64,000 nucleotides of DNA from the human T2T-CHM13v2.0 reference genome, Homo sapiens: NCBI RefSeq assembly GCF_009914755.1, contig NC_060942.1. One strand, written 5' to 3'. The notes under the pieces were generated by a model. That model had not been told where the DNA came from. It did not search any database and saw only the letters and a list, made by a program, of their open reading frames with translations. A program made the translations under genes and the position numbers. Shown here piece after piece: positions 24,576 to 36,972 of this stretch (the first letter of the stretch is position 1; every line of letters begins with the position of its first letter).

Positions 24576-25808
24576 TGTTGACAAAAAGAGTCAAACTTGA
24601 AAATTATTTGAAGAGATTTATTCTGAGCCAAATACAAGGAAAGATGACCCCAGGGAGTCCTGAGAACATATGTCCAAGATAGTCAGGCTACAGCTTGGTT
24701 TTGTATATAGATTCTAGGGAGACACATAAAGCAATGCATAAGTTGGGTGCAGTGGCTCACGCGTGTAATCCCAGCACTGTGGGAGGCCAAGACAGGTGGA
24801 TCACTTGAGGCCAAGAGTTTGAGACCAGCCTGACTAAGATGGTGAAACCCCATCTCTACTAAAAATACAAAAATTAGCTTGGCGTGGTGGTGCACACCTG
24901 CGATCCCAGCTACACCTGAAGCTGAGGCACAGGCATTTGAGAATCACTTGAACCTAGGAGGCAGAGGTTGCCATGAGCCGAGATTGTGCTACTGCGCTCC
25001 AGCCTGGGTAACAGAGTGAGACCCTGTCTCAAAAAAAAAAAAAAAAAAAAAAGAAAGAAAGAAAAGGAAAAAAATTTAAGTGCAAGATGAACATTGGTTA
25101 GGAAAGGCACTTCAACTGGAAGGCAGGACTGGTGGGGATTGGGGGTTAAGGAATGGGGTGGGGTTGCAAGGCTAGCCTTCCACGTCATAGGTCGATTCAA
25201 AGACTTTCTGATTAGCAATTGGTTGAAGAGTTAATTTATTTTCTAAAGACCTGGAATCAATAGAAGGGAATGTCTGGGCTAAGATAAGGGATTATGGAGA
25301 CCAAGGTTCTTATTATGCAGATGAAGCCTTCAGAGAGAATAGATCGTAAATGTTTCTTATCAGACTTAAAAAAGTGCCAGACTCTTAGTTAATTCTCTCT
25401 GGGATCAAAGAAAAGACCTGGAAAGGGATAGGGATTCTCTACAGAATGCAGATTTTCTCAAGAGACAGCTTTACAGAGCCATTTTCAAAACATGTCAAAG
25501 AAATATATTTTAGGGTAAAATACTTTCAGGTCCTGCTATCCATTGTGTGATGCTATATTAGAGTCAGTTTGGAATTTGGTGTCTTATTGCTATGAACAGT
25601 CTCTTTGATCAGTCTTAAAATCTCTGTTTTAATGTTAACGCTGGTCTAAACTCCAAAGGGAGGAGGGTAGGATATAATGAGGCATTTCTGGCTCCTATTC
25701 CCATCAGGGCTGAGCTAGTTTTTCCAGTTAACTTTGGAAAGCCCTTGGCTGAGAGGAGGGGGCCTATTCAGTTAGCTGAGGGACTTAGAAATTTATTTTT
25801 GGTTTACA
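24576..25808 (-). mobile_element. MER4-family ERV1 solo LTR with Alu insertion
   Basis: tgttgacaaaaagagtcaaac...atttattttggtttaca ends; TSD acac/agac; homologous to 46415-47492. Confidence 0.85.
24741..25075 (+). mobile_element. Alu SINE (AluS)
   Basis: Full dimer with long A tail. Confidence 0.95.
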
Positions 25809-27056
25809 AGACTGAATATACAAAATGGTCAATAGCCAGACCAAATGAGACCATAGAACTCCAATCCACAACTTCTGCATGACACAACAATCGGTACTTT
25901 CTCAATGACTGCCAGCTTTCTCCATTTTTATCCCTGTTTCCAATATACGACCAACCAGAATAAGCCAAACATGCTCCCCATGCCAATCACAGAAGATGCC
26001 TACTTCCAGTTAGCTGCCCGTAGCTTCTTCAGGCAAGCAGCCTCCAGTAAGGGCACACCTGAAGGCTCCTTTCTTCCCCACTATCACACTTTCCCGCTCT
26101 CCTGCCTTTGAGTCTACCAAACAAAGTGACAGTGGCCAACTTCCTTTCTATACCAAGAGCTAAATAGCCTTATTTCTTCTCACATAGATGGTCTTCACCT
26201 ATTTCCACAGTTCCCTGAAGGTTTCCCCAAGATAGTCAGCTCTGTCCGTTGCCACAGACCCCAGGCTTTGCCCAGGTGTGAATTCCCTTGTTGTTTGCTG
26301 CTTGTGATTGATGGAGTCAGCACTAACGTAGTAGGCCAGAACCTGGTCTGAACTCCAAGCCCTTTGTATTGTGTCCCACATTCCTAGTGTGGAGCCAGCG
26401 TTTCGTTATTGATTCTCATTTGTTCGGCATTTTTGATAGAATTAGGTGGCCATTTTAAATCCTTTATTTGTTCTCTTTTATGCTACTGTTGTGTGCTGTA
26501 CAGTTTAAAAGCATCATTCCTTATAAAAAAGAGAATCGTGGGGTAGATAGAACAGAGGCATAGACCCTATAACTCTGTTTTCCAGCCAACTGCACAAACT
26601 AACAAGGATGCAATCCTTCCAAATTGGTGTCCACCTGGACCGCCTGTGCTTTGGGTCACCAATAAAATTGTATGAGGTTCTGCTCCTGTCTCAATTTTGT
26701 GTCCTGAGAGCTTGGCTTTGATTCCGTGAGTGCTCTCTTCAGGTTCCTGCCTCCTGGGAGGTGCAGATTGTGAGGTCCACATTCGGAGGTGGCCAACTGT
26801 CATGGTGTGAGGGCCAGAGACATGAGTGCACAGTGCTATATTCTGACTATCACTGGCTCTCATGGGGTGGTCTAAGTCTACATCGTCTCCACCACCAGGA
26901 AAAACTCCTGCTTCTTATACATAGTCTCGTAACAATCCTAATTCTTGCACCTATCTTTCTAAATGCCATAAATACAAGGAAGATTCGGGCCCCTTTAAGA
27001 AACATTGATTTGAACAATATTGTTCATTTGAGAGACACCTTAGAAGAGAAGGGATA

Positions 27057-27250
27057 TGGGTACTCATGGACATAAAGATGGCAACAAAGAACATGGGGGA
27101 CTACTGCAGGGGTGGGACAAGGGTTGAAACGCTAACTGTGGGGTACTGCGCTCACTACCTTGGTGACAGGATCATTCATTTCCCAAACCTCAGCATCATG
27201 CAATGTCCCCAGGTAACAAACCTGCACATAAATCTAAAATAAAAGTTGAC
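27057..27250 (+). mobile_element. L1PB-type 3' end
   Basis: gggtactcatggacataaagatggcaac...aacaaacctgcacat...aaataaaagttg; degenerate TSD gaag(ag)aagg(g/a)ata. Confidence 0.8.
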
Positions 27251-27992
27251 TTTTTTTTTGAAAGAAGGAAATAAGATTTCACAAGCCCAATGGGCAACAT
27301 TTCTTGATTGATATGCAGAGTTTCCCAAACAAAATTCCTGACTCAAATTTGTTTTAATAAAAGAATCTTTGGCCAAAGCTAATAAGCAGGTGGACAAATT
27401 TAAGCAGCCCAAGCTAGACTTCTTTTCCTAGTAAATCTGTCCCCTAGTTGCCTCCGTATATTCAAATCTCCCTCTTCCTGCTGCTGCTGCTTCTCTCTCC
27501 TTCTGTTCCTCTTCTTTCCTCTTCCCCTTGTCCAGACCCTCTACCTTTTCCTAACAATTCTTCTAATACCCCCAAAATGCCATTTCCTCTAAGGATTCAT
27601 CCCTCCTATGAACCAGGTATGTGGCAAGTATAGAATTTAAACCTGGACCCAAGATTAAACAAGTGCTACAATAAGGATTTCCCTACACCCAGAGAAGACC
27701 AGCAACTATTCATAGAAGAATTTCAAACTCTTTTGGGTAACTCAGGGTTACCTGACCTATATAGACTTGTGCACATGTTGGTTGAAATCTCAGATGCCAA
27801 ATGCTGAATGGCAAAAGCTGATTAGGCTAACCTGCAAAGAGACTGAAAAGATCCCTCGTTCCACAATAAATCAGAGTCAAAAGGGGCCCAAAAGGTGGAG
27901 CAAAGTCATCTAAAGAAAACTCTAGCCAGATATTTTCAATACAAATTGATCGAAACATAATTTGCTCTGCAAACAGAGAAAAGATGCAACTA

Positions 27993-28412
<420 letters not shown>

Positions 28413-29629
28413 TCAGGGGAGTTAAAACTGAAATTAGAGACCTAATTTCAAAGCATAAATTAGAATGGGACAGAAGACCTTTAGGTAGTCTACAATACCT
28501 AGCAAAACACTTTGAAAGAGCTTTAAGACAAAAATGAGACAGTCCCTCGATACATTTATGACCCTACAGATTTACCAGCTATGTGGTTCCCTTCCCAGTG
28601 GATCACCTTTTGACAAAGACACTTGCAAATATCATAAACAGGAGGGACACTGGAGAAGAAAGATTGCCCTACCTTACAAAAGAAAACCCAAGACGTAGAA
28701 AAATTCCATCATTCAGATCAATATGTGTGCTCTGAGGAAGAAAAAAGCACCCAAAACACTGCTGGACCCTTAAACACTCAAGATGAATTACCTCTAAATA
28801 GAGATGGTTATTCTCATTAATTCCTGGTAGATAACAGCCCTGCTCTTTCTACAACAAACCCTCCATCCTTGCTCAAGCTCTTTACTTTTCCTCGGCATAA
28901 ACACACAACACAGGTGGTAGTATTTCGAATAACCCACATATTTTCTCTATCTCCTAGCCCTTCCCTGTAACCCTTGGGCATTTGACGAAGAACATTTCTT
29001 CCTGCTCCATGATACCACCTCCACAAATCTAATAGGGACTTACTTTGTAGATGGAACTATAACAGTGAATGTACAACAGAGAGACTATTTCTTGAGGTTG
29101 CAGAGGTCTCCTATAGTCATAAACAAATTGTGTCTGCTCTGCCTATACTTTTTTCTTCTCCATTGTATTTGATGCATATTTCAGAAGCCGACCTTGATGC
29201 CATACTTGATACTTTGTGGGCTGAAAATTCCACTGGCATAGGAAAAACAATTTGAGCAGAGCCTATTAAAGTTCAAGGAGATCCTACTGTTACCTAAATG
29301 TCTCCAATATCCTTTGAAGCCAGAAGCAAAGGAAGTGCTGAAACTTTTCACCTGAAAGCCTTATTTGCAAGGATTTTCTCATACTCTGTGTATGAGCCAT
29401 GTAACACTCCCATCCTGCCAGTGCGTGAACCAAATAAATGAAGGTATCAGCTTTTCCCCTAGACCTCACAGCCACCAACAAAATTGTTATCCCTTGCTTC
29501 CCAGCAGTATCTAGCACAAATACCATCTTGCCATCAATTCTACCTCAAGTCACTTGCTTCACTTGTAACAGATTTCTGCTTTGCCTTTTTCAGTCTGCCT
29601 CTAGACTAGGAAAATCAGTATCTTTTGCT

Positions 29630-29743
29630 AGTTTCTGCTAAAAGCAAGGGATAGTGACTGACTCCCTTTGTATAGCAAGCCCTAAATAAATAACCTTTTT
29701 GTTCTCATTTGAATTCTCGTTTTGTTTCTCATTCATTTCCACA
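29630..29743 (+). mobile_element. 3' LTR terminal fragment of the 24.5-29.7 kb provirus
   Basis: gactccctttgtatagcaagccctaaataaataacc...catttccaca parallels 26110-26209. Confidence 0.75.
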
Positions 29744-30130
29744 ACAGGAAACACATTTATCTAAATTGAAGACTTTGTTAATTTTGCAACATAACATTGA
29801 AAAACATTTCTTTTGTAATTACAATGCTTTATTACCATAATTTCTAGATGTTTGGTATTAAGTAAAAAGAATACAGATACATTTTCAACTGTTTTCCTTA
29901 GAAAACACTAAAAGTAACTTACATGATAGTTGTGATTCTCCTAATAGCAAAATAACTTATATTTTACTCACCTATCCACAATTATAACGTTTATAGAACT
30001 GTGACAAAAATGTTTAAATACAATAACACTAGAAGGCACTCAAGGAGTTTACTGCAATTACAGTTGGAGATTTCAGCATTCTCCTCTAGACAAGTGATAG
30101 AACAAGTAGTCAAAAAATCAGTAAAGATAA

Positions 30131-30345
30131 GGCCAGGAGTGATGGCTCACGCCTGTAATCCTAGCACTTTGGGAAGGCAGGCAGATCACTTGAGGTCAGG
30201 AGTTCGAGACCAGCTTGACCAACATGGTGAAAACCTGTCTCTACTAAAAATACAAAAATTAGTGGGGCATGGTAGCAGGCCCCTCTAATCTCACCTACTC
30301 GGGAGGCAGAAGAATCTCGGTTGAACCCGGGAGGCAGAGGTTGCA
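30131..30345 (+). mobile_element. Alu SINE (AluS), 3'-truncated
   Basis: Ends at gaggttgca with no tail. Confidence 0.92.
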
Positions 30346-32211
30346 AATTCTCTATTTTTGAATTGAATTCAAAAATTAATTAATATGATTATCCAAATCA
30401 ACAGACTAAAAATGAAAAAAAAAGCAGAAAATCTAAATATACCAGAAAAAGGATTTGAAAAATTCAACACCCATCAATGACTTGTACAAAAAAGGAACTG
30501 AATTTTCTCAACTTGAATTTTTAAGAAAATTTATAGAAAATCTGCAGCTAACATTGTATATAATAAAAAGATTGAAACTTTTTCCACTAAGATCAAGAAT
30601 AATGAAGAATGTACACTTTGTTAATATCACTTTTATAAAACATTATGTTGGAGATCATAGTCTAAGCAATAAAGCAAGAAGAAGGATGAAGAAGTATACA
30701 GATTGGAAAGAAAAGTTTAAAACTGTTTTTATTCTCAAACAATATTATTGAGCACAGAGATAAATCCAAAACAATCTAAAACAAAAGCAACTGTTAAAAC
30801 TAAGTGAATTGAACAGTTGATTTGTTCAGGAAGTTACTACACATGAAAAGTCAACCCATAAATAAATTGCAATTATGGATTACAGCAACTAACTGCACAA
30901 TAAAATAAAATTATAATTACAACAGCACAAAAACCTTGAAATACTTAGATATAAATTCAATAAAATATTTTAAGATTTATACACTGACACTTGGAAAACG
31001 TGTATGAAATAAAGAAAACCTGATTAATAAAAGGTATATACGCATTCACAGTATACATAGAAAGCTAGTATCATTAAGCTATAAATTCTCTCCGAATTGA
31101 TTTAAAAATTTGATATAATGTCAATCAAAATCCCAGCATATTTTTTTTTTGGTAGAAGTTGGCAAGCTGATTCTAAAACTTACACGGAAATTCAAAATAT
31201 CTAGAATAGTCATAACAGTTTTGAAAAAATTAAAATAATGTCAGAGAACTTGCACTGCATGATTTCAACACAGCTACAAAAATTAATATAAGATAGTAAA
31301 GGCATAAAAATAGCCATACAGATCAATGCAAGAGGATAAACAGTCCATATATACATGGTATGTAATGGCAGAACACATACTCTTTTAAAACGCTCTGTGG
31401 AGAGAGAAAGAGAGAGCTTTACATATATACATATACATTTTTTCAAGAAATTTTTCAACAAAGTTGCTAAAGTAAATCAATGAGAAAAGAGTTGAATTTT
31501 TAATAAAATATGCTAGAATAGCTGGTTCTTGTATGTGAAATAAGAACTTCAACCATAATCATTACCTTATACATAAAATTAACTCAAAATGAATCATATA
31601 CCTAGTAATAACTAAAACTATAAAATTTCTAGAAGAAAATGTAAAGTAAGACCTGTGTGACCTTGAGTTACACAAAGATTTTTTTAAAGAGAACACTATA
31701 GGCACTCAATATAAAAGAAAATAAATTTGACTGAATCAAAACGTAAAGCTTCTGCTCTTAAACTAACACTGTTGAGATAATGAAAATAGAAGAAGACATA
31801 TAATTAGAAGAAAATCTTTTCAGTGCATCTGTTTCATCCATAATATTTATCCATAATTTTTATCCATAATATTTAAAGAACTCTTAGAATTGAAGAAGAA
31901 TGTAAATAAATCAATCAAAAATGGGCAAAAGTCTTGAAGAGACAAATCACAAAAGAAGATATATGAACCTCCAATAAGTAATAGAAAAAGTTCTCATGAT
32001 GAGTTTCAAGGAATTTCAAATTAAGACTTCAATGACATACTGACTAGGAAAGCTTAAACTAAAAAGGTTGACCTCACCGAGGGTTGTCAAGGATGTGGGA
32101 CAACTGAAATTCTCATTTGTTGCTAACTTAAGTGTAAACTGTTAAAACCACTTTGGAGAAGAGTTTGGCACCTTCATATAAAGTTCAATTTAAAAATATA
32201 CTTACCATATA

Positions 32212-32528
32212 CATTCATCCCATGGTATCCATGGGGGAATGGTTCAAGGACTCCCTGCAGATACCAAAATCCATGGATGCTCAAGTCCCTCTTATAAATG
32301 GTGTAGTATTTGCATATAACCTATTCGCATCCTCCCAAATACTTTAAATCATTTCTATATTACTTATAATACCTTATGCAATGTAAATGCTATGTACGTA
32401 ATTGTTATACTGTATTATTTTATATTTCTATTATTGTTGTAGTGTTATCTTTCTTTTTTTTAAATATTTTTGAACTTTGATTGATTGAATCCATGGGTGC
32501 AGAGCCTGCAGATAGAGAGGGATGAGTC
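32212..32528 (+). mobile_element. MER2 (Tigger-family MITE)
   Basis: TA flanks; gataccaaaatccatggatgctcaagtccct...tgtagtatttgcatataacct. Confidence 0.88.
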
Positions 32529-33106
32529 TAACCAATAATTCTAATCCTAACTATATGCTTAAAAGAAATGAAAGCATATGCCACATAAAAATATGTACAG
32601 AAAGTTCATAGAAGCTTTTTTTTTTCATAGTAGCCAAAACCTGTAAACAACCCATATATGTAACCACAAGTGAATGAATAAACAAATGGCGGTGTATATG
32701 AACAGTGGACTAGGCTCAGCAAATAAAGGCAATAACCACTGATATAAACAATGACATGGGTGAGTCCCTGAAACACAATGCTGAGCAAAAGAAGCCAGAC
32801 ACAAAAGAACACTTATTGTATGATTCCAGGTATAAAACAGCAAAACTAGTCAAAGGTAACAGAAAACAGAACTGTGGTGACCTGTGACCTGGTGAAGGGA
32901 ACCTATTATGAAGATGCAAGAGGAAACATTTTGCAGTGATCGAAGTATATACCTGTAGTAGTTGTGGTGTCATACATGGGTGCATACAGTTGTCAAAATT
33001 CATCAAAGAGTAGGCCTAAAATACTGCGTGTTTATATGAGTTGTGCTAAGAACTGTGAAGGGTCTGAGATGTTATTCCAGTTACAGTTTTGTACAATAGA
33101 TAGCTA

Positions 33107-33165
33107 AATGATGATGATGATGATAATGATGATACATAGATGATTGATTGATCAATCAATAGATA
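33107..33165. repeat. (GAT)n/(GATA/GATT)n simple repeat
   Basis: Direct. Confidence 0.85.
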
Positions 33166-33899
33166 GGGAAATGAAAAATGAAGCACCTATGTTATGTCAG
33201 GGAAACTAGTTCTTTGTGATATTCACAATTAGAAAATTAGCCTAAGTAATGCTGTTTCCCCACACCCATACTCAAAGGTGATGTGATAAGAGCTGATGAA
33301 AATGCTCCATACAAGTGACAAGTTACAACTTGTAGATGGGGGGTGGAAAATAATGTCTTCTCTTCACTTAGACACAAGAGAAGATATAAAAGGAGGAAAG
33401 AAAAGCTCTGATCCTTGCAGACAGGATGGAAGGGATCCTAGGTTCTGATGGTAACATATTGCAACGTCAATCAGATCTTTCCAAGAGCCAGATAGCCCCA
33501 CGTGTTTCAGCTTTTATAACCTAGGAATTCAAAAGTAAAGACTTTGAAAGATTAATAGAAATGTGTCTTGAAGAAAGTTATGTAATGCTTTTCAATGACA
33601 AAGAGAATTCTTATACACTTTCACACATGCACACACATAATCACTCAAACCTGTTATTTGAGATGATTTTCACAAATCTCTGTTGTTACCTATGTCCTGT
33701 TTATTGCTAATAGGAAGCCTGAGCAGAGGGGACCGACAATACTCTTGGGAAGGGCCAATCTTCTTATGCTTCTGAATCATAGTGTCCTCATCTATTAATA
33801 TGATGGAGTGGTTACTTTAATATACTTTAAGCTCTATCATATTATGGTTTTACGTTTGGTATGTAAGTGATCTGTGAAAAGAATAAAAGATTATGGGAA

Positions 33900-34308
33900 T
33901 TCCCTTGTCCCATTGCACACCCTTTAATCTGCCTGGAGGCACAATTCTGTACATTGTGTCTTTGGAGTTCTCTTGGCAGCCAGCTTTCAGTTGGGATGGG
34001 TCAGTGAGAGGCAGCAGCAAGAGACAGTTGTCTTGGAGAGAGAAAATGGATTGTTTTCCAAGTTCTTACCCTGCTTGGTGCCACTTATTTGCCAGGTACT
34101 ACATTCCGCCAGCTCCCACCAGGCAGCCCTAAGACCCAATTCCAGCTCTGCCTGGAGGAAGGTAACAGCTTCCTGCTCTGATAGTTGCTAAGCGTTTCAT
34201 CATCCCTTCATCCTGCCTACACCTCTGAAAGCAGTCCTTTCATTGAAGTTTCTTTATTGAAACATCTGGCGTAAATTCTGTTTCCTGCTGCAACTCCGAT
34301 TGACTAGA
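33900..34308 (+). mobile_element. ERVL LTR (LTR33-like)
   Basis: cagctttcagttgggatgggtcagtgagaggca...ctgcctacacctctg...gtcctttcattgaag...tctgtttcctgc. Confidence 0.55.
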
Positions 34309-36107
34309 AAGGTCAAAAATCCAAGTCATTTGTATTTGATTTTGGAATATATTTTCAGTTGTATTTTTTAAAAAATACATTGGTCTAATGTTTTAGAAAT
34401 CCATACCACTTTAAAGACAAAATGTATCCAAACAGTGAACCTCTAATTCAGGAAAAACTATAAAAAGTTCCATTTAATCACCTGTTCAGTATTCCTTCCT
34501 GCTTCTCAGTCCAAACTCCCAGTAATCCATCTTGCAGACAAATGCAAAGCACTGGCAGAGATTTACCTGTGAGGCTGATGCACTTCTCAGTTGGGAGTAA
34601 TAATTAAATGTTTTGATTTAAAATGTTTCTCACTAGAGAGTTGACTGTATTAATGGTGGGAACACAGACATAAAACACTGAATTTTAGCTGCTTTAGGTA
34701 TTATGCTCTGCTGAACTGTATTAATAGGAACTCAAAAGCAATATTTGTTTCATATTACTCACAGTGGTCTGTGAATTACATTGCAAGACGGAAAGTCTGA
34801 ATTCAGTTCTTGCTTTTGAGAATACCTGTGTGATTAGGGCCAAAAGTTTTAGTCTCTTGGTGGTTTAACTTCCTGATCCATAAAAATTTATGCATTTATA
34901 CCAACTATTTTCAAAATAGCTAAGAAGCTCTTTGAGTGTTTAGGGAAAGAGTGAGTATAGTTCTCCACTTAAATTTACAGTGGTGAAAATGCACTTTCCA
35001 GATGACCCTCCTTCTCTCAGACTTACTAAGAAACTGCCCTTGCTTTAAATACACTCCTGGTGGTATTGTGGACTTGAGAAAGCTACAGATTTATTTTCAC
35101 CGAAATACTAATGTTCTTAGTGATTCTCTCTTCTTTTATTCTTTTCTAAAATAGGCTAAGTAGCACTTGGAACATAGATCTAAAGGTGAGGAAATTAAAC
35201 CAATTTTTCCTTTTACTCCAGATTAGTGCCAATATCTGTCCTTTGGGTGAAAGGCCCAGGGGAATTTCTTATTCCTTCAACTGTTCATTCACTTACTCCA
35301 CAAATAGTTTTTGTGAGCTAATGATGCTCTAGATCAAGGTGCTTTTCAGGAATAATTAAGAATAATTAGAACTAAGATTCTAACTAAGAATAATTCGAAG
35401 TGATTTGTGAAAACAAAGTGCTTATGACCCAAGAAGTGATACCATAAAAGTAACAAAGTTTGCTGAAACCCAGGGTAGAATATGGAAAGTGCCACCAGGG
35501 AAATTAGAAGCAAACAAGTATAAATATTTAGGGAAAGGAAACAGCACAATCACCTGTGCCTCAGGGCAAACTTATGGCAGGGTTTGAGGAGGACATGGAT
35601 GGGTGGGTGGGATCGCAGGAGGATGAGCAGAGGACCTATTTCCTCTCCGGAATTGTTCTACTTGCTATAACATAGCAAAATATAAGAAAAGCCCTTATAA
35701 ACTTCAAGTACTAAACAAGTGTTAGATTGTCACCAATATTACATATTAATTTTCAAAAGCATTTTTCCAAAAATATACCACATTAAAATAATGCTTTAAT
35801 GTCTTCATGAAACAAATTAATATTTATTGAAATCAGCAATAGAGTTTTGGCATGGCTTGCTCCAGTGTACAAGGAAAATGATCACCCATCATTTTCAAGC
35901 TCTTCTGTACTCTTGACTCTACAAATGGCTACATTTGTGGTTCTCAAACCGTGCACCAAGGCACACAGTGTATTATAGTGGACTCACAGTGGTACTGTGA
36001 GATATTCTCCATTTTTGAGGGAAACACGCAGTACTCGACAACTGCTGGACCTCATGCAAACTACTAGTTCAAGTAAGTTCACAGTTTCAATATGAGATCA
36101 CACCACA

Positions 36108-36404
36108 TTTTTTTTTTTTTGAGATGGAGTCTCGCTCTGTCGCCCAGGCTGGAGTGCAGTGGCGCGATCTAGGCTTAGTGCAAGCTCTGCCTCCTGGGTT
36201 CACGCCATTCTCCTGCCTCAGCCTCCCGAGTAGCTGGGACTACAGGTTCCCAACCACCATGCCTGGCTAATTTTTTTTTGTATTTTTAGTAGAGACGGGG
36301 TTTCACCATGTTAGCCAGGATGGTCTCGATCTCCTGACCTCGTGATCCGTCCGCCTTGGCGCCCAAAGTGCTGGGATTACAGGCGTGAGCCACTGCACCC
36401 GGCC
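36108..36404 (-). mobile_element. AluY
   Basis: ggttcacgccattctcc, ttagccaggatggtctcgatctcc; TSD ca(c/t)accacattt. Confidence 0.95.
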
Positions 36405-36637
36405 CATACCACATTTTTTTAGATAGCATCATCTTTGCCAAACTGGATTTTCTGCAGTTGCTGAGAAAGCAAGTACTGCACACAAATCAACACAGAACAG
36501 AAAGTGAGAGTGGTAGTATCCAATCTGATTCCAATGTTTGAGAAGCTGTGTGGTGTCCAACAGGTGACCAATGTTCCATTAGCAAGAAATTGGAGTCATT
36601 TAAGAATTTTCAAAAATATGTTATTTTTCCTTTCATT

Positions 36638-36639
<2 letters not shown>

Positions 36640-36672
<33 letters not shown>

Positions 36673-36972
36673 TCTATCTATCTATCTATTTATTGAGACA
36701 GAGTCTCGCTCTGTCACCCAGGCTGGAGTGCAGTGTCGTGATCTCGGCTCACTGCAGGCCCCCCGGGTTCATGCCATTCTCCTGCCTCAGCCTCCCAAGT
36801 AGCTGGGACTACAGGCACCCACCACCACGCCCAGCTAATTTTTGTATTTTTTTAGTAAAGACGGGGTTTCATCGTATTAGCCAGGATGGTCTCAAATCTC
36901 CTGACCTCGTGATCCGCCCACCTCGCCCTCTCAAAGTGCTGGGATTACAGGCGTGAGCCACCACGCCCGGCC
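36640..36972 (-). mobile_element. AluY with (TTTA)n/(TCTA)n tail
   Basis: gggttcatgccattctcc; TSD tcattttatt. Confidence 0.95.

Larger units (their letters stand above)
24500..26209 (+). mobile_element. ERV1 5' LTR (MER90-like) split by a MER4 LTR; start approximate
   Basis: ggtcaatagccagacca...gaccaaccagaataagccaaa...gggcacacctgaag...ggtcttcacctatttccaca; last ~110 bp recur at 29630-29743. Confidence 0.7.
30040..33040 (+). mobile_element. Old L1M (L1ME-like) ORF2 and 3' UTR with internal deletion
   Basis: gttggagatttcagca (EN region), aaaattcaacacccat, acagattggaaagaaaa, aaaattaactcaaaatg, aaaatgggcaaaagtcttgaa, aagaagccagacacaaaaga. Confidence 0.85.

Noticed and set aside
36504-36956. 150-aa ORF and similar Alu-overlapping ORFs
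   Set aside because: Translations are the typical antisense Alu frames ([10 protein letters not shown]..., [12 protein letters not shown]).
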